A stretch of DNA of 64,000 nucleotides from Vampirovibrio sp. (GTDB lineage: Bacteria; Cyanobacteriota; Vampirovibrionia; Vampirovibrionales; Vampirovibrionaceae), in assembly GCA_019634025.1 (NCBI GenBank), contig JAHQWC010000154.1:1309-65308 (forward strand), in the 5' to 3' direction. Each line of letters begins with the position of its first letter. The first letter of the stretch is position 1. The notes under the pieces are model-generated. The model had not been told where the DNA came from. It ran no database searches and saw only the letters and a program-made list of their open reading frames with translations. Below, piece by piece: positions 28,473 through 39,203 of this stretch. The position numbers and the translations under genes are program-made.

Positions 28473-31349
28473 TTAATCTTTCTGTAGCGGCTTTTTCTTT
28501 GAGGGCAGTTTTTCAGACTTTTTGGATGTTTTGGACTTCGCTTTTTCTAGTTTAGCCTGTTCCGGCACCAGTGCCTCGGGTTTGACGACAGAAGTCACTG
28601 CCGGGGCTGAAAAATACTTAGCAGCTACCTGCTGTAATTCTTCTGATGTCACTCGGTCAATCATTTTGGGATACTCAAAGTCATATTGGTACCCATGCCC
28701 CAGCATTTCATATAAACCCAAAAAGTAAGACTGACTTTCGTTGGTTTCGTGAGCCAAGGAAAATTCACCAATGAGCTTGTCTTTGGCTTTTCGAAGCTCG
28801 GCTTCTCCGACGGGCTTTTCTTTTAGGCTCTTAATTTCCTGCTTAAAGCCTTTCATCACCTTTTTTTCGTTTTTAGGGTCGGTGCCGATGAAGAGCACAA
28901 ACTTGCTACGCTCATGGGTTGATGGGTAGAAGCTACTGACGACATAGGCTAGACCTTTTTTGTCCCGGATATTGCGGAACAAACGGGAGCTCATCCCGGA
29001 TCCAAGGACGGAATTCAGTACTTTCAAGGGTACATGGTCTTTACTTTCCATCATCGGCGCCAGCCATCCATGGGCAATCCAAGCCGCCGCTAGATCCGGC
29101 TTGCCTTCTTCCAGGGTTACCGGCTTTTCCAAAGGTTGTACTGGTTCTACCTGGGTCAGCAGATCGCCGGTAATTTCAGAACGGCCATTTAGTTTAGAGG
29201 GTAGTGCTGCCAACAAGTAGTGTTCCAGTCGTTCCGGATCAAACCCGCCTACGACAGACACCACCATGTTTTTGGGCACAAAATATTGTTCATAGTAGCT
29301 TTTTAGGTGATGGCGTTTAATCAGATCCAGGTGGAGATCAACCCGAGGACCTACGTTTCCGTATGGATGCTGAGGATAAAGTCCCATGGCCAGATTCTCT
29401 AGCGCAATAGAGGAAGGGTTATCCCGACTGGATTGGATGGACTGCTTTAGTAACAGCTTTTCCTTTTCAAACTCTGCCTGAGAGAAAGCTGGGGCGGTTA
29501 ACACATCCTGTAACACTAGGAAAAGCTCTCCTAAATCTTCTTTGACAGCAGATCCGCTGATCTGCATATAGTCATTCTTACTGGAAACCGAGAGCTGAAT
29601 GCCTTGACGTTCTAACTCCTGAGCCAACTCCTCTGGTGCCCGGGAGGTGGTTTCCTTGCGAAGTACGGCAGAGACCAATGCAGCGGTGCCCGGGATCTTT
29701 TCGACCAGTCGACCGCCTTTGACGAATATCTGGACCGCCACGGTTTCCGATTCCTTACGAGGTTTTGCAATGAGAGTGATACCGTTGGCCAGTTTTTTAC
29801 GGGTAACCGTTTGAGTAGAGGCTGTTTGTTTGTTTGAAACAGGCCCTTGTTCCGGTGATGCTATGTGAGAAGGCTCCTCAGGACCAACAGAGCTATCAGA
29901 GTGGTTAGAAAACTCATCCAACAAGGCCAAGAGCTCTTTTTCTTCTTGTTCGGTTTTAATGTCCGAGGTTTTTTCTTCCGGTAACACTTGCACCACGGCG
30001 GCATGTTGAAAATTCAGGTATTTTGCCAGGGCGGCTTTAACGTCTTTCAAAGTCACATCCTGAATGTTATCCACATACTCCGTATAATCGGATAATTCCC
30101 CAATAGTTACGTTGTAGCCGATACTGCTGGCGACCCCACCGGTGGATTCTGTGTGAAAGATGAAATCCTTGATGGTTTGGGTTTTGGCTTTTTTGAGTTC
30201 GGCCTCCGTAATTCCCTCGGTTTTAAGGCGTAACAACTCTGTCATCATTGCTTTACGTGCTGCCGGAACGTTTTCGGGCTTTGTGTCGGCATAAATATAC
30301 AACACTCCTGCATGGCGCTGGGTAGAATTGGCTGCTGCAATGCTATTGACCAGCTGTAGATCTTCTCGTAACCGGGTAAACAGCCTGGAGCTCTTTCCTT
30401 GCCCCAGAGACATCATGGCAACATCCAGGGCGTAATTCTCTTTTTTCTCTTCAATCCCTGGTACCATAAACCCAATTCCCAGGTAGGCCTGCTTGATATT
30501 GGGATCTTGCAACACTTGTACAGCCGGCTCTTTGATTCGAATAGGGCGGCTTACTACCTCCGGCTGGTATTTACCAGTTTGTTGTTGTAAGGCGGCAAAA
30601 TCTGTGGCTGGAAAATACTTTTTGACCAGTTCGGTGGCTTCTTTCACCGTGACATCACCCACTACAACGGTGCGGAAATTTTCCGGTCGATACCAATAGT
30701 GGTAGTACTCGGTAATGCGCTTACGGGGCATACTGCCGATGAGTTTTTTCGGTCCCAGGGTCTCTAAAGAATAAGGGTGGCCTGGAAAGAGTTGCTGCGT
30801 CAACCCCATAAACAATTTGCGGGTAGGGTTGTTATGAGCCCGGTTGATTTCTTCCTGTACGACTTTACGCTCGCTGGTCAGCTCTCCAGGAGGGATAGAC
30901 GCTTGAAGCAGCATATTGGAATGAATTTTTAAGGCGTCTTCAAAAAACCGGCTGGCAATGGTGATGGGGTAGTGGGTGTAATCGTCACTAGTCATACCAT
31001 TGTAGTTGGCGCCATAGCCTTCCAGCAGTCGCTCGATTTCACCGACACGGTAGCGGTCGGTGCCTTTGAAAATTAAATGCTCCAAAAAATGAGAGACGCC
31101 GTTGTTTTTTTCGTCCTCATTCACCGAGCCGGTGGTGATCCAAGTGTCAATACTGACAATGGGCTGATCGTGGTTTTCCTGTACATAGAGCATTTGACCA
31201 CTGGGCAGCCGGACTTCGTGGACGGTATTGTCGCTACCTGCAACCGCTGTTGCGCAAGAGATGATACTGATGATCAAAACGCCTGAAAATAGGGCCGAAA
31301 AAAGACCTGCTAAACGATGACCAAAAGATTGCTGAATAACCCGCAACAT
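28473..31349 (-). CDS. M16-family (pitrilysin/insulinase-like) zinc metallopeptidase with two tandem M16 units, a signal peptide and a Lys-rich C-terminal tail
   Basis: HFLEHLIFKGT inverted zinc-binding motif (HxxEH). 958 aa, consistent with duplicated active/inactive M16 halves. N-terminal hydrophobic signal sequence. Confidence 0.8.
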   Translation of the reverse strand: MLRVIQQSFGHRLAGLFSALFSGVLIISIISCATAVAGSDNTVHEVRLPSGQMLYVQENHDQPIVSIDTWITTGSVNEDEKNNGVSHFLEHLIFKGTDRYRVGEIERLLEGYGANYNGMTSDDYTHYPITIASRFFEDALKIHSNMLLQASIPPGELTSERKVVQEEINRAHNNPTRKLFMGLTQQLFPGHPYSLETLGPKKLIGSMPRKRITEYYHYWYRPENFRTVVVGDVTVKEATELVKKYFPATDFAALQQQTGKYQPEVVSRPIRIKEPAVQVLQDPNIKQAYLGIGFMVPGIEEKKENYALDVAMMSLGQGKSSRLFTRLREDLQLVNSIAAANSTQRHAGVLYIYADTKPENVPAARKAMMTELLRLKTEGITEAELKKAKTQTIKDFIFHTESTGGVASSIGYNVTIGELSDYTEYVDNIQDVTLKDVKAALAKYLNFQHAAVVQVLPEEKTSDIKTEQEEKELLALLDEFSNHSDSSVGPEEPSHIASPEQGPVSNKQTASTQTVTRKKLANGITLIAKPRKESETVAVQIFVKGGRLVEKIPGTAALVSAVLRKETTSRAPEELAQELERQGIQLSVSSKNDYMQISGSAVKEDLGELFLVLQDVLTAPAFSQAEFEKEKLLLKQSIQSSRDNPSSIALENLAMGLYPQHPYGNVGPRVDLHLDLIKRHHLKSYYEQYFVPKNMVVSVVGGFDPERLEHYLLAALPSKLNGRSEITGDLLTQVEPVQPLEKPVTLEEGKPDLAAAWIAHGWLAPMMESKDHVPLKVLNSVLGSGMSSRLFRNIRDKKGLAYVVSSFYPSTHERSKFVLFIGTDPKNEKKVMKGFKQEIKSLKEKPVGEAELRKAKDKLIGEFSLAHETNESQSYFLGLYEMLGHGYQYDFEYPKMIDRVTSEELQQVAAKYFSAPAVTSVVKPEALVPEQAKLEKAKSKTSKKSEKLPSKKKPLQKD

Positions 31350-31451
31350 ACACCCGGACCTCTCTACTCAATACCACGTCAGATACTATTCGTGCAGTGG
31401 GATTATAGCAGAAATCTAGGTGGCTTATGGCAGGTAACCTCTTAAAACGAT

Positions 31452-31480
31452 AAAACCACCGAATACTCTTCAGTGGTTTT
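31452..31480. terminator. Hairpin with A/T tracts on both sides (likely terminator for the minus-strand HTH gene)
   Basis: AAAACCAC-n13-GTGGTTTT, flanked by AAAACGAT upstream and ATCAAAATTTT downstream. Confidence 0.45.
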
Positions 31481-31523
31481 ATCAAAATTTTAGGTGTAAG
31501 AGCTTATTTAAAGTGCCGAGGAA

Positions 31524-32084
31524 CTAGACTTTCAGATAGTTCTTCACACCGGTGAACATGGCATTGAGGAGGCCAATATTGGCTAGGGGATCAATGCCGC
31601 CAGCGGTTAAATACTGCTGCAGACGAGCTTGCCAGTAGGGGTAGATATCGTCTTTTTGAATTTCCAGCACGTTGGACACAGCCGACAGTTGAGACCAGTC
31701 TAATGGCATGGGTAAAGCACCGCGCCACATGTCCACAATTTCCAGCCGTTGGTTGCGGGGAAATTTTTTGAGTAACTGGACGTTGCTGAGACCCATTTGA
31801 CCTTGACGTTGCTTTAAGAACTCAATACCCGGATCCAACAAGCGAGGCTCTTCGGGGCGTTTATACTCCGGAAAGTCTTCCGGCTCCATACCCATTACCA
31901 CCGCAATCCGCTCTAGGGTGGTGGTTCTGGTGGAAAATGCGATTTCGCGGTCAATCAAACTATACACATACGACAGGGTGACGCCGATCATCTCGGCAAA
32001 ATCTTTTTTGTGGAGATTAGTCTCGTCCAAAAACTGGATGAGCCTGTCACTGCTATTCGCCTGTGTGCCAACGGTGGTTGACAT
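31524..32084 (-). CDS. Helix-turn-helix (XRE-like) DNA-binding protein
   Basis: N-terminal HTH (LHKKDFAEMIGVTLSYVYSLIDRE). Confidence 0.5.
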   Translation of the reverse strand: MSTTVGTQANSSDRLIQFLDETNLHKKDFAEMIGVTLSYVYSLIDREIAFSTRTTTLERIAVVMGMEPEDFPEYKRPEEPRLLDPGIEFLKQRQGQMGLSNVQLLKKFPRNQRLEIVDMWRGALPMPLDWSQLSAVSNVLEIQKDDIYPYWQARLQQYLTAGGIDPLANIGLLNAMFTGVKNYLKV

Positions 32085-32436
32085 AAAGAGTCTCCTCCCC
32101 TAATTATCGCCAATTGATGATGCTGATAAATAACATTAATACTGTTTTTAAAACCAAAAATAAGAAGCCCAGATTTTTTCATCCCGCTCAACAGTTCATT
32201 ATCAGAACTGTGTAAGCATGAGGAATCAGATTTTACTATTCTATCAAAAAAACTGAAAAGAGAACTAAAAATGAACTCAAAGAGTTTTTATTATTTTACA
32301 CGTGACAGAATTTCCCTTAAGCAGTAGATCAGGGGCAATGCTACAAACAAAGCTGCTTTACAGAGAGATGTTACTTTTTGCGGTAAAGTAAACACCATCG
32401 TAAACCAAAACCTAATGGAATCCTGATAAATCTGCC

Positions 32437-33225
32437 ATGAGCAATGCTTCAACTCTCCAACTCTACTTTTTGAATCACGAATCTGCCTCGGGCGTTGAGA
32501 ATATGGCGGCAGATGAAGCACTTTTGGAAACGCTTCGAGAAGTGACCGAAACGCCTCTTCTGGTGGTGAGAACTTACCAGTGGCAAACACCAACATGGTC
32601 ATTGGGCGTAAATCAAAAACTAAAAAGTCTGGGAGAACTCGATATTTTTTTGATGGGCCCGACACCACAAATTGTACGGCGACCTACTGGTGGGCGGGCC
32701 ATACTGCATGACAGGGATATTTCGTTTGCGTTTGTCACCAATGATTCAACGCTGTTGTCTCTATCCTTAAAAGAGAGTTATTGTCATTTCACCCAGTTCT
32801 TAAAAGAAGCGCTTTCTGTGCTCACACCTTTAGCGACGGATCATTGTACGGCAGAAAACACATCTAACTCGGGCTATACTCGGTCAAATTTGTGTTTTGA
32901 GACCCAAACCCCTGGAGATTTATTGGATGCTGCCGGCAATAAAATATGCGGCAGCGCCCAACTAAGGCGTGCCGGGGGCATTTTACAGCATGGCGCTGCT
33001 TTTTTGCCGGAATTGCCGAATACCGTTGCACCCGTCACCACATTTCGAAACGCCTTATATAAGGCAGTGGCCAGTCATTACAAGGTAAAAACCCTGTCCT
33101 TTATAGAGGACTCAGACACCCTGTATCAACGGTTTCAGACCCTTAAAGCTCAGTTGCTCCCAAGTTACGAAAGTGCGTCCAGAGACATTCTTTCTAAGGC
33201 GTCAATCACATCGGGATCCCAATAA
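32437..33225 (+). CDS. Lipoate/biotin protein ligase family protein (LplA/LipB-type catalytic domain)
   Basis: Motif RRPTGGRAILHDRDISFAF matches the conserved RRxTGGGAV(Y/L)HD motif of the BPL_LplA_LipB domain. Confidence 0.6.
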   Translation: MSNASTLQLYFLNHESASGVENMAADEALLETLREVTETPLLVVRTYQWQTPTWSLGVNQKLKSLGELDIFLMGPTPQIVRRPTGGRAILHDRDISFAFVTNDSTLLSLSLKESYCHFTQFLKEALSVLTPLATDHCTAENTSNSGYTRSNLCFETQTPGDLLDAAGNKICGSAQLRRAGGILQHGAAFLPELPNTVAPVTTFRNALYKAVASHYKVKTLSFIEDSDTLYQRFQTLKAQLLPSYESASRDILSKASITSGSQ

Positions 33226-34508
33226 CGGCCCGCTTCTTGTTTGACTTGGATTAAGGCTTCTTTGGGGCTTAAGGGATCTCCCCGGTAGGGACGCTCATGG
33301 GTCATGGCCACCAGGGCATCGGCCACAGCTAAAATCCGGGCGCCCAGAGGAATGTTTTTAGCCTTTAGGCCTTCAGGGCCACCGGAGCCATCCCACCGTT
33401 CTTTTTGGTAATGCACATAAGGAATGACTTCAGATAGGAAATTAATTTGTACCAGCAATCCCACGCCGATGTTGGGATGCTTTCTGAGTTCATCCCACTC
33501 CTGGGTGTTCAAATCATCCCGTTTAGAGAGGACCTCGCCGGGGATATCGATTTTCCCCAAAGATCCCAATAGTCCGGCGCAATAGACTAAATCTACCGTT
33601 TTTTCATTGAGATCCATGCCGGTGGCAATGGTTTTGGCCAGTTGGGCCACAGCCTTGGAGTGGCCTCGAGTAAACTGGTGGCGGGCGTCAATGGCAGTGC
33701 CCAAAGCTTCTACAAAGCCGTTTTGATGGCTGCCGAGATCGGCAATGCTTTCAGTGATTTGGGCTCTCAGGCTTCGCAACTCATCTAAAGAGCTGGCGTC
33801 TTTGTCAATTTCTGCCTGAGCTTGGGCCACCAAGCGTTGCAATCGGCTGGCGGTGACAAACACTGTGGCGACACATTGGGCCAGATCTTGCAGTTCTGGG
33901 GAGAACGAAACATCTTCATAAGATTCAAACAGGATGAGTCCTGCTTGTTTATTGCCCTCAGCCATAGGCGCCGCCAATAAAGAGGTTACCCGACTGTGGG
34001 AGAGGCGATCGATACCATGCCAGTGAGGTTGATTCCCCACATGTTGAATAGCCTGCACCTCACCGGTTTCATAGAGATCGCTGAGAAGGTTGTTTTCGCC
34101 CAGCTGAATGCCAACCCCCCATCGGTCCTGATGGTTCAAATTGAGAGAGGTACCGGTAAGACTGAGATAGGATTCTCCCGGTGTTTTTTGCGCCACCTGA
34201 AAAATATTGCAGGCATCTACCTGAAACATGTTGCGCAGAGTGGCGGCAATAGAATCGTATATGACAAAACCTTCGTTCTGGTCAAACCCAAAAATGGAGA
34301 GGGTATTGTCCATCGAGTAAATCTGAATCAGCTCTTGAAGCTGGAGCTTGAGCTTACCGGGATCTCCGGTTACCCGGTCGGCAATCTTATCCAGCAGATC
34401 CTCGGAAATAAAGCTTTCCGTCACAAAATCACCAATGTTCAAGGCATAAATCGCCTCAATGGGATCTTGGTTGTCAAAGGTGTCTATGTCAACGACAGGC
34501 TTATCCAA
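33165..34508 (-). CDS. GAF-domain-containing HD-GYP phosphodiesterase (probable c-di-GMP signalling)
   Basis: HD domain with …HSKAVAQLAKTIA…HHERWDGSGGPEGL (HD-GYP signature), preceded by a GAF-like domain. Its 3' end overlaps the lplA-like gene convergently by ~60 nt. Confidence 0.75.
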   Translation of the reverse strand: MDKPVVDIDTFDNQDPIEAIYALNIGDFVTESFISEDLLDKIADRVTGDPGKLKLQLQELIQIYSMDNTLSIFGFDQNEGFVIYDSIAATLRNMFQVDACNIFQVAQKTPGESYLSLTGTSLNLNHQDRWGVGIQLGENNLLSDLYETGEVQAIQHVGNQPHWHGIDRLSHSRVTSLLAAPMAEGNKQAGLILFESYEDVSFSPELQDLAQCVATVFVTASRLQRLVAQAQAEIDKDASSLDELRSLRAQITESIADLGSHQNGFVEALGTAIDARHQFTRGHSKAVAQLAKTIATGMDLNEKTVDLVYCAGLLGSLGKIDIPGEVLSKRDDLNTQEWDELRKHPNIGVGLLVQINFLSEVIPYVHYQKERWDGSGGPEGLKAKNIPLGARILAVADALVAMTHERPYRGDPLSPKEALIQVKQEAGRYWDPDVIDALERMSLDALS

Positions 34509-35253
34509 GTAGACGGGCTCCTCAAAAGGCTAAACAAAGTTGGCGACTCGCTGGTTGCGATGTTAACTGCCAAACGTGTGAAACGGCTTTTACATTTCCT
34601 TCACTGGTAGAGATATCGGCAGGGTTAGCGCAATCTTTAAAGAGGTGCCAAAAAGGGACTCTTCAGTGTATCGTGCTGACCCTTTATTCTGGTCAGTTCA
34701 CTCTCTATTTATCTTATTACAGTTGATTATACTTTTTTGGGTACTCCGGTTCATCCCCATAAAAGACGGACTTCTGAATGAGCGGGAACAGCGCTCATAC
34801 GGTAGGGGCAATTACCCTCACATAATAAAAAAGCCTGGCTTTCGCCAGGTACGAATCCCCCTCGATAAAAACGTTCTCACTTTTTCTTTCCTAAAGACTG
34901 AATAAACTTTTTAATGCCGATGTGATAAATATTTGTCCCGGTATGGTTGCAGTTGCTGCGCTTCAACTGCCGAGCCCCTTACATAGGCATAAAAACAGGC
35001 AACACCAGTTTTGTGACGGGCATCATAAACATGTTTTTATTTCTTTTTGTTGAATTACCGGTATAAAAGCCTGTAACGCGTTTAATAAACGTAAACAATG
35101 GCGTTAAGGCTCATGAATAATCTTTCATTAAATGCACAGCGCGGGTGGCTTGCATCCATTGGCCGGATGGTTGAAAATACAGGGAATTAACCATCGCAAT
35201 ATCAAGTGCGTTCATCCTATTGGGTCGCTGGCAAGAAAGGGATTTGGGCGGTT

Positions 35254-36258
35254 ATGCAGGGATCTGCCAGTGTTGAGGCGGGAGAAAATGATGTAATTCC
35301 TGCGATTCGGGTGGAGAACATCCGAAAGCGGTTTGATGGGATTCAGGCTCTGGACGATGTGTCTTTTACGGTGCCTCAGAATACGGTGTTTTGTATTTTG
35401 GGCCATAATGGCGCCGGAAAAACAACGTTATTAAGAATTTTGACAACGGTGACCCGGCCTGACTTTGGCTCTGCCTGTATTCATGAGTATTGTGTTCAGA
35501 AAAAAGCCATCCATGTCCGGCATCAAATTGGGGTGGTCAGCCAGGAAAACCACTTTGATAAGTATTTAAACATCTGGGAAAACCTGATGCTCCATGCCCA
35601 ACTGCACGGGATGTCTACCAACCAGGCAACCGATAGAATTACGGATTTGCTGCATTCCGTCAGTCTTTACCATCGCCGGTTTGCTGAAGCGGATGATCTG
35701 TCTGGCGGGATGCAACGACGGCTGTCTTTGATTCGAGCCCTGATTCATCGGCCCACAGTATTGTTTTTAGATGAACCCACCACAGGACTGGACCCCGTAG
35801 CCAGACTCGACATCTGGAATATTCTGGAGCAGTTTAAGCAATCGGCAACGGTGGTGTTGACCACCCACTATTTAGAAGAGGCCGATCGGTTAAGTGATCA
35901 CATTTTGATTGTGGATCGAGGCCGAGTGTTGGTGCAGGATACACCAGACGGCTTAAAGCAAAAATACACCCGAGCGGGGCGGTATGACATGATCCTCTCT
36001 CATGAAGCTGACCATGATAAAAGCGCGACAGTCATTGGGTCAATCCCCGGTATCCACGTGGAAGAAACCAGCCTGGGTACCAATGGGATGCAGTTTCTAT
36101 TAGACGTGAAAGACCCAGAAAATCTTACGACACTTTTTCAGCAGATTTCGCCCCGGTATTTGATCCGGTTTGAACCCTTAAAGACCGATCTGGAATCTAT
36201 TTTTATGGCCATTGCCAATAGCGCAAAAGATACCAACCCTGAGGGAGGGCCAAGGTAA
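35254..36258 (+). CDS. ABC transporter ATP-binding protein (ABC-2 / DrrA-like)
   Basis: Walker A GHNGAGKTT, signature LSGGMQRR and Walker B VLFLDEPTTGLD. Start placed at MQGSAS; the ORF is open from 35206. Confidence 0.85.
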   Translation: MQGSASVEAGENDVIPAIRVENIRKRFDGIQALDDVSFTVPQNTVFCILGHNGAGKTTLLRILTTVTRPDFGSACIHEYCVQKKAIHVRHQIGVVSQENHFDKYLNIWENLMLHAQLHGMSTNQATDRITDLLHSVSLYHRRFAEADDLSGGMQRRLSLIRALIHRPTVLFLDEPTTGLDPVARLDIWNILEQFKQSATVVLTTHYLEEADRLSDHILIVDRGRVLVQDTPDGLKQKYTRAGRYDMILSHEADHDKSATVIGSIPGIHVEETSLGTNGMQFLLDVKDPENLTTLFQQISPRYLIRFEPLKTDLESIFMAIANSAKDTNPEGGPR

Positions 36259-37034
36259 TGGCATGGCTTAGGCTACATCCGCGCCGGGGAATTTTCCCCA
36301 TTTATCAAAAGACCCTACAACAAGAGACCAAAGGGATTGTGACAGAGTTTTTGGCGACTTTGGCTATCCCTTTGAGCTTTTTTCTGGCCTTTGGATTGGG
36401 GTTAAGAGACTACATTACGGAAGTGGACGGGGTGCCCTATGTGGTGTTTATGACCCCAGGCCTGATTGTAATGACGATGTTAATGGAAGCCTACCGAACT
36501 GGCGCATGGGGACTTTGGCTGGACCGACGGCACCAAAAAATGATTGATGAATACCGGATTAAGCCGATTACCACCTCTGACATTATTATTGGTGAAATTT
36601 TGGGGGGCTTTACCATTGGTATCGTCAAAGGAAGCCTGGTGGGGCTAATTTTAATGTTGTTGGCGCCGTTTGACTTGGCCTGGCAGAATATTCCCGGGTT
36701 TTTAATGATGGTGGCGCCAGGCTGTATTTTGTTTACGTGTGTGGGTTGTATGGTGGGCACGACAATGAAGAAACCGGATCAGATTGCCCAGTCTCAAACC
36801 TTAATTATTACCCCCCTCCTCTATTTAGGGGGGCTATTCTTTCCCATTAATGCTTTTCCACCAGAACTAATGCCTCTTATCACTCGATTACCCACCACAG
36901 CTTTGTTTGATGGAGGGAGAACCGCACTTCTAGAAGGTGTTTTAATGCCTGATTATCTGATGTTATTGGTAGTCGCTGCAGTAGCCAGTTTCATTGCAGC
37001 AACCGCCTGGTTTAACCATAAAATGGCGGAATAA
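36258..37034 (+). CDS. ABC-2 family transporter permease
   Basis: Six-TM ABC-2 permease. Start overlaps the ATPase stop. Confidence 0.75.
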   Translation: MAWLRLHPRRGIFPIYQKTLQQETKGIVTEFLATLAIPLSFFLAFGLGLRDYITEVDGVPYVVFMTPGLIVMTMLMEAYRTGAWGLWLDRRHQKMIDEYRIKPITTSDIIIGEILGGFTIGIVKGSLVGLILMLLAPFDLAWQNIPGFLMMVAPGCILFTCVGCMVGTTMKKPDQIAQSQTLIITPLLYLGGLFFPINAFPPELMPLITRLPTTALFDGGRTALLEGVLMPDYLMLLVVAAVASFIAATAWFNHKMAE

Positions 37035-37372
37035 TAAGAAGGCAGAGCGTCTCATCCGGCGGCTGCTTTCATTGAAATCTAAATCCTCTAAACGTATTTC
37101 GCATAAATCACAAAATTGGAATATAGATAGAATAGATGAGTTGATAAAGATTATGCAAAGGTACTTCCTGCGTTTACCGAATTCTCTTTATAATAAAGCC
37201 GATTAATCGAATATTGTCTGTTGGAATCAAAACCCAGTCCCTTCCATTTAGGCTACTGAATTCGTTAGTTTTTTGTAGTCGGCGGGTAGAGAAGAATCTT
37301 ACGTAAGAGTCTTAAAAGGTCTGATTGGATATAAGTATGTTCTTGATAAGTCAGAAAATAGGAGTTAGCTCA

Positions 37373-39181
37373 ATGAATTCAAGAAAAGTCACACCGTTGC
37401 TGTTAGCAGCAAGTGTGTTCTTAACCGGCGCCACAGGATTTTTTCTGGAAGCCATGACTCCTGCGCAGGCGTTGACCAGTGTGGATGAACTTTCAGATGT
37501 AAACTCAAGTCACTGGGCTTATGAAGCCCTGAGAGATTTGGTTGAAAAGTATGACGTGATTGAAGGCTACCCAGACGCCACCTTCCGTGGTGATCGTGCC
37601 CCCACTCGTTGGGAAATGGCTGCCGCCCTCAATGCCTTGGTAAAGTCCGTTGGTCGTGACTTGGCCCGTTTGGGTGCTGAGAAGGCCAACAAACGTGACT
37701 TGGAAACCTTGGCCCGGTTGCAGCAAGAATTCCGCAACGAGCTCAACGCCTTGAACCAACGCACCACTGCTTTGGAGCAACGCGCTTCAGCCATTGAAGC
37801 CAAAAACGAAGAGCAGGATAACCGCTTGACGCTGTTGGAAAAAACCCAGCTTCACGGTGACTTCAGCTTTGGTGGTATTGCTGACGTTGGCGACAACGGA
37901 ATTGCTACCACAGGAAACGACGGTTTCAGAGACGGATTATCCACCATTGGCCGCTTGCGGTTATCCATGGATATTCCAGTAAAAGAAGCTGACGATGATT
38001 CTTACTTGGGACGTGGAGATGTCTACGCCCGGATGATTGCCGCTTTTGGCCGTAACTCCAACACCAACAACGGGTTGGGTGGTTACACCGGATACTCCCG
38101 GATTGCCGGTGACAGCAGCTTTAACAACGAAGGTATCGGGGTTGTAAACGGTGCCTTTGGTACAGCTGGTGTTGCGACAAACGGCGCGAGCACCCGGTCC
38201 AACTTGTACCTGGAATCGGCCTACTACAAGCAAGAAGTGAACCCAGGTGTTCCGATTTTGACCGACTGGTTCGGCATGACGGATTGGGATATTACGGGTG
38301 ACGCCTACGCTGGTGTCGTGCCGTGGCGGTTCTTGTTCGACAAGAGTCCTTACCGTGGTAACGAGTTGACTCAGTTCCAGAACAGCGCCTTTGTGAACAT
38401 TCCTGGCGTTGCTGTGAACCTGAACCAACCCACCTTGGCCTACGTATGGCACATGGGCATGAATGATGAAACCTCTTTGGACTTCACCACTGCCTTTGCC
38501 TCTCCTAACGTGGGTGACGTTTATGATGGCTGGAACCTGACCTACGAAGGCCGGTTAAACTACGATTCATTGTTTGACTTGGCTGGTGCTGGTTCGTTTT
38601 ACGCCGGTGGCTACCACATCTGGTTGAACGGTAACTCTTTGCCAGGATTGGTGACTGCTGTTGGTGGTGCTACCGGCTTTGATCCTTCTGGGAACGGCCT
38701 GAACGTGGTGCAACAAAACAGTTCCAACGCCTTCTACTTAGGTTGGAGTCAGGACTGGTATGAAGGAATCGGAACGACCTTCAACTACCTGCTCTCTAAC
38801 AAAAGTGGTATTGGTATGTTGTATCAATCACTCAATCAAACCAACGGTGTAAGTTCTTCCTTTAACGGGGCAGGAACCGTTGTGAGTGTTCGCCAAGCCC
38901 TCAGCGGCGTGTTGAACATTCCAATGGCCTCTATCGCTCCTGGCTGGAGAGACAGCGACACCTTTGGGATTGGTTACGCCCTGTTTGATTTCCAAGAGAC
39001 TGGTGCTCAGACCAACAACACGGCTGATGCCTGGACTCACGTGATGGAAACCTACTACAAGTACCAGATGACCGAAAGCATCTCGTTGGTGCCTAGTTTA
39101 CAGCTGCACTTGAACCGGCTGGGACTGGACAAAAACGGCATGAGCTACGTGCTTGGTTTCAGAACCAACTACGAATTCTAG
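37373..39181 (+). CDS. Outer-membrane porin with an N-terminal S-layer-homology (SLH) domain and a coiled-coil linker (OprB/SomA-type)
   Basis: Signal peptide, then SLH motif SHWAYEALRDLVEKYDVIEGYPDATFRGDRAPTRWEMAAAL, a coiled coil, a Gly/aromatic-rich beta-barrel region, and a C-terminal NYEF (terminal Phe). Start chosen at MNSRKV with an AGGAG 8 nt upstream. Confidence 0.8.
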   Translation: MNSRKVTPLLLAASVFLTGATGFFLEAMTPAQALTSVDELSDVNSSHWAYEALRDLVEKYDVIEGYPDATFRGDRAPTRWEMAAALNALVKSVGRDLARLGAEKANKRDLETLARLQQEFRNELNALNQRTTALEQRASAIEAKNEEQDNRLTLLEKTQLHGDFSFGGIADVGDNGIATTGNDGFRDGLSTIGRLRLSMDIPVKEADDDSYLGRGDVYARMIAAFGRNSNTNNGLGGYTGYSRIAGDSSFNNEGIGVVNGAFGTAGVATNGASTRSNLYLESAYYKQEVNPGVPILTDWFGMTDWDITGDAYAGVVPWRFLFDKSPYRGNELTQFQNSAFVNIPGVAVNLNQPTLAYVWHMGMNDETSLDFTTAFASPNVGDVYDGWNLTYEGRLNYDSLFDLAGAGSFYAGGYHIWLNGNSLPGLVTAVGGATGFDPSGNGLNVVQQNSSNAFYLGWSQDWYEGIGTTFNYLLSNKSGIGMLYQSLNQTNGVSSSFNGAGTVVSVRQALSGVLNIPMASIAPGWRDSDTFGIGYALFDFQETGAQTNNTADAWTHVMETYYKYQMTESISLVPSLQLHLNRLGLDKNGMSYVLGFRTNYEF

Positions 39182-39203
39182 ACTCTGGTTAGCACTATTG
39201 AAA

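Noticed and set aside
33996-34610. 204-aa plus-strand ORF
   Set aside because: It is antisense to the HD-GYP gene and overlaps it almost completely, with no motifs.
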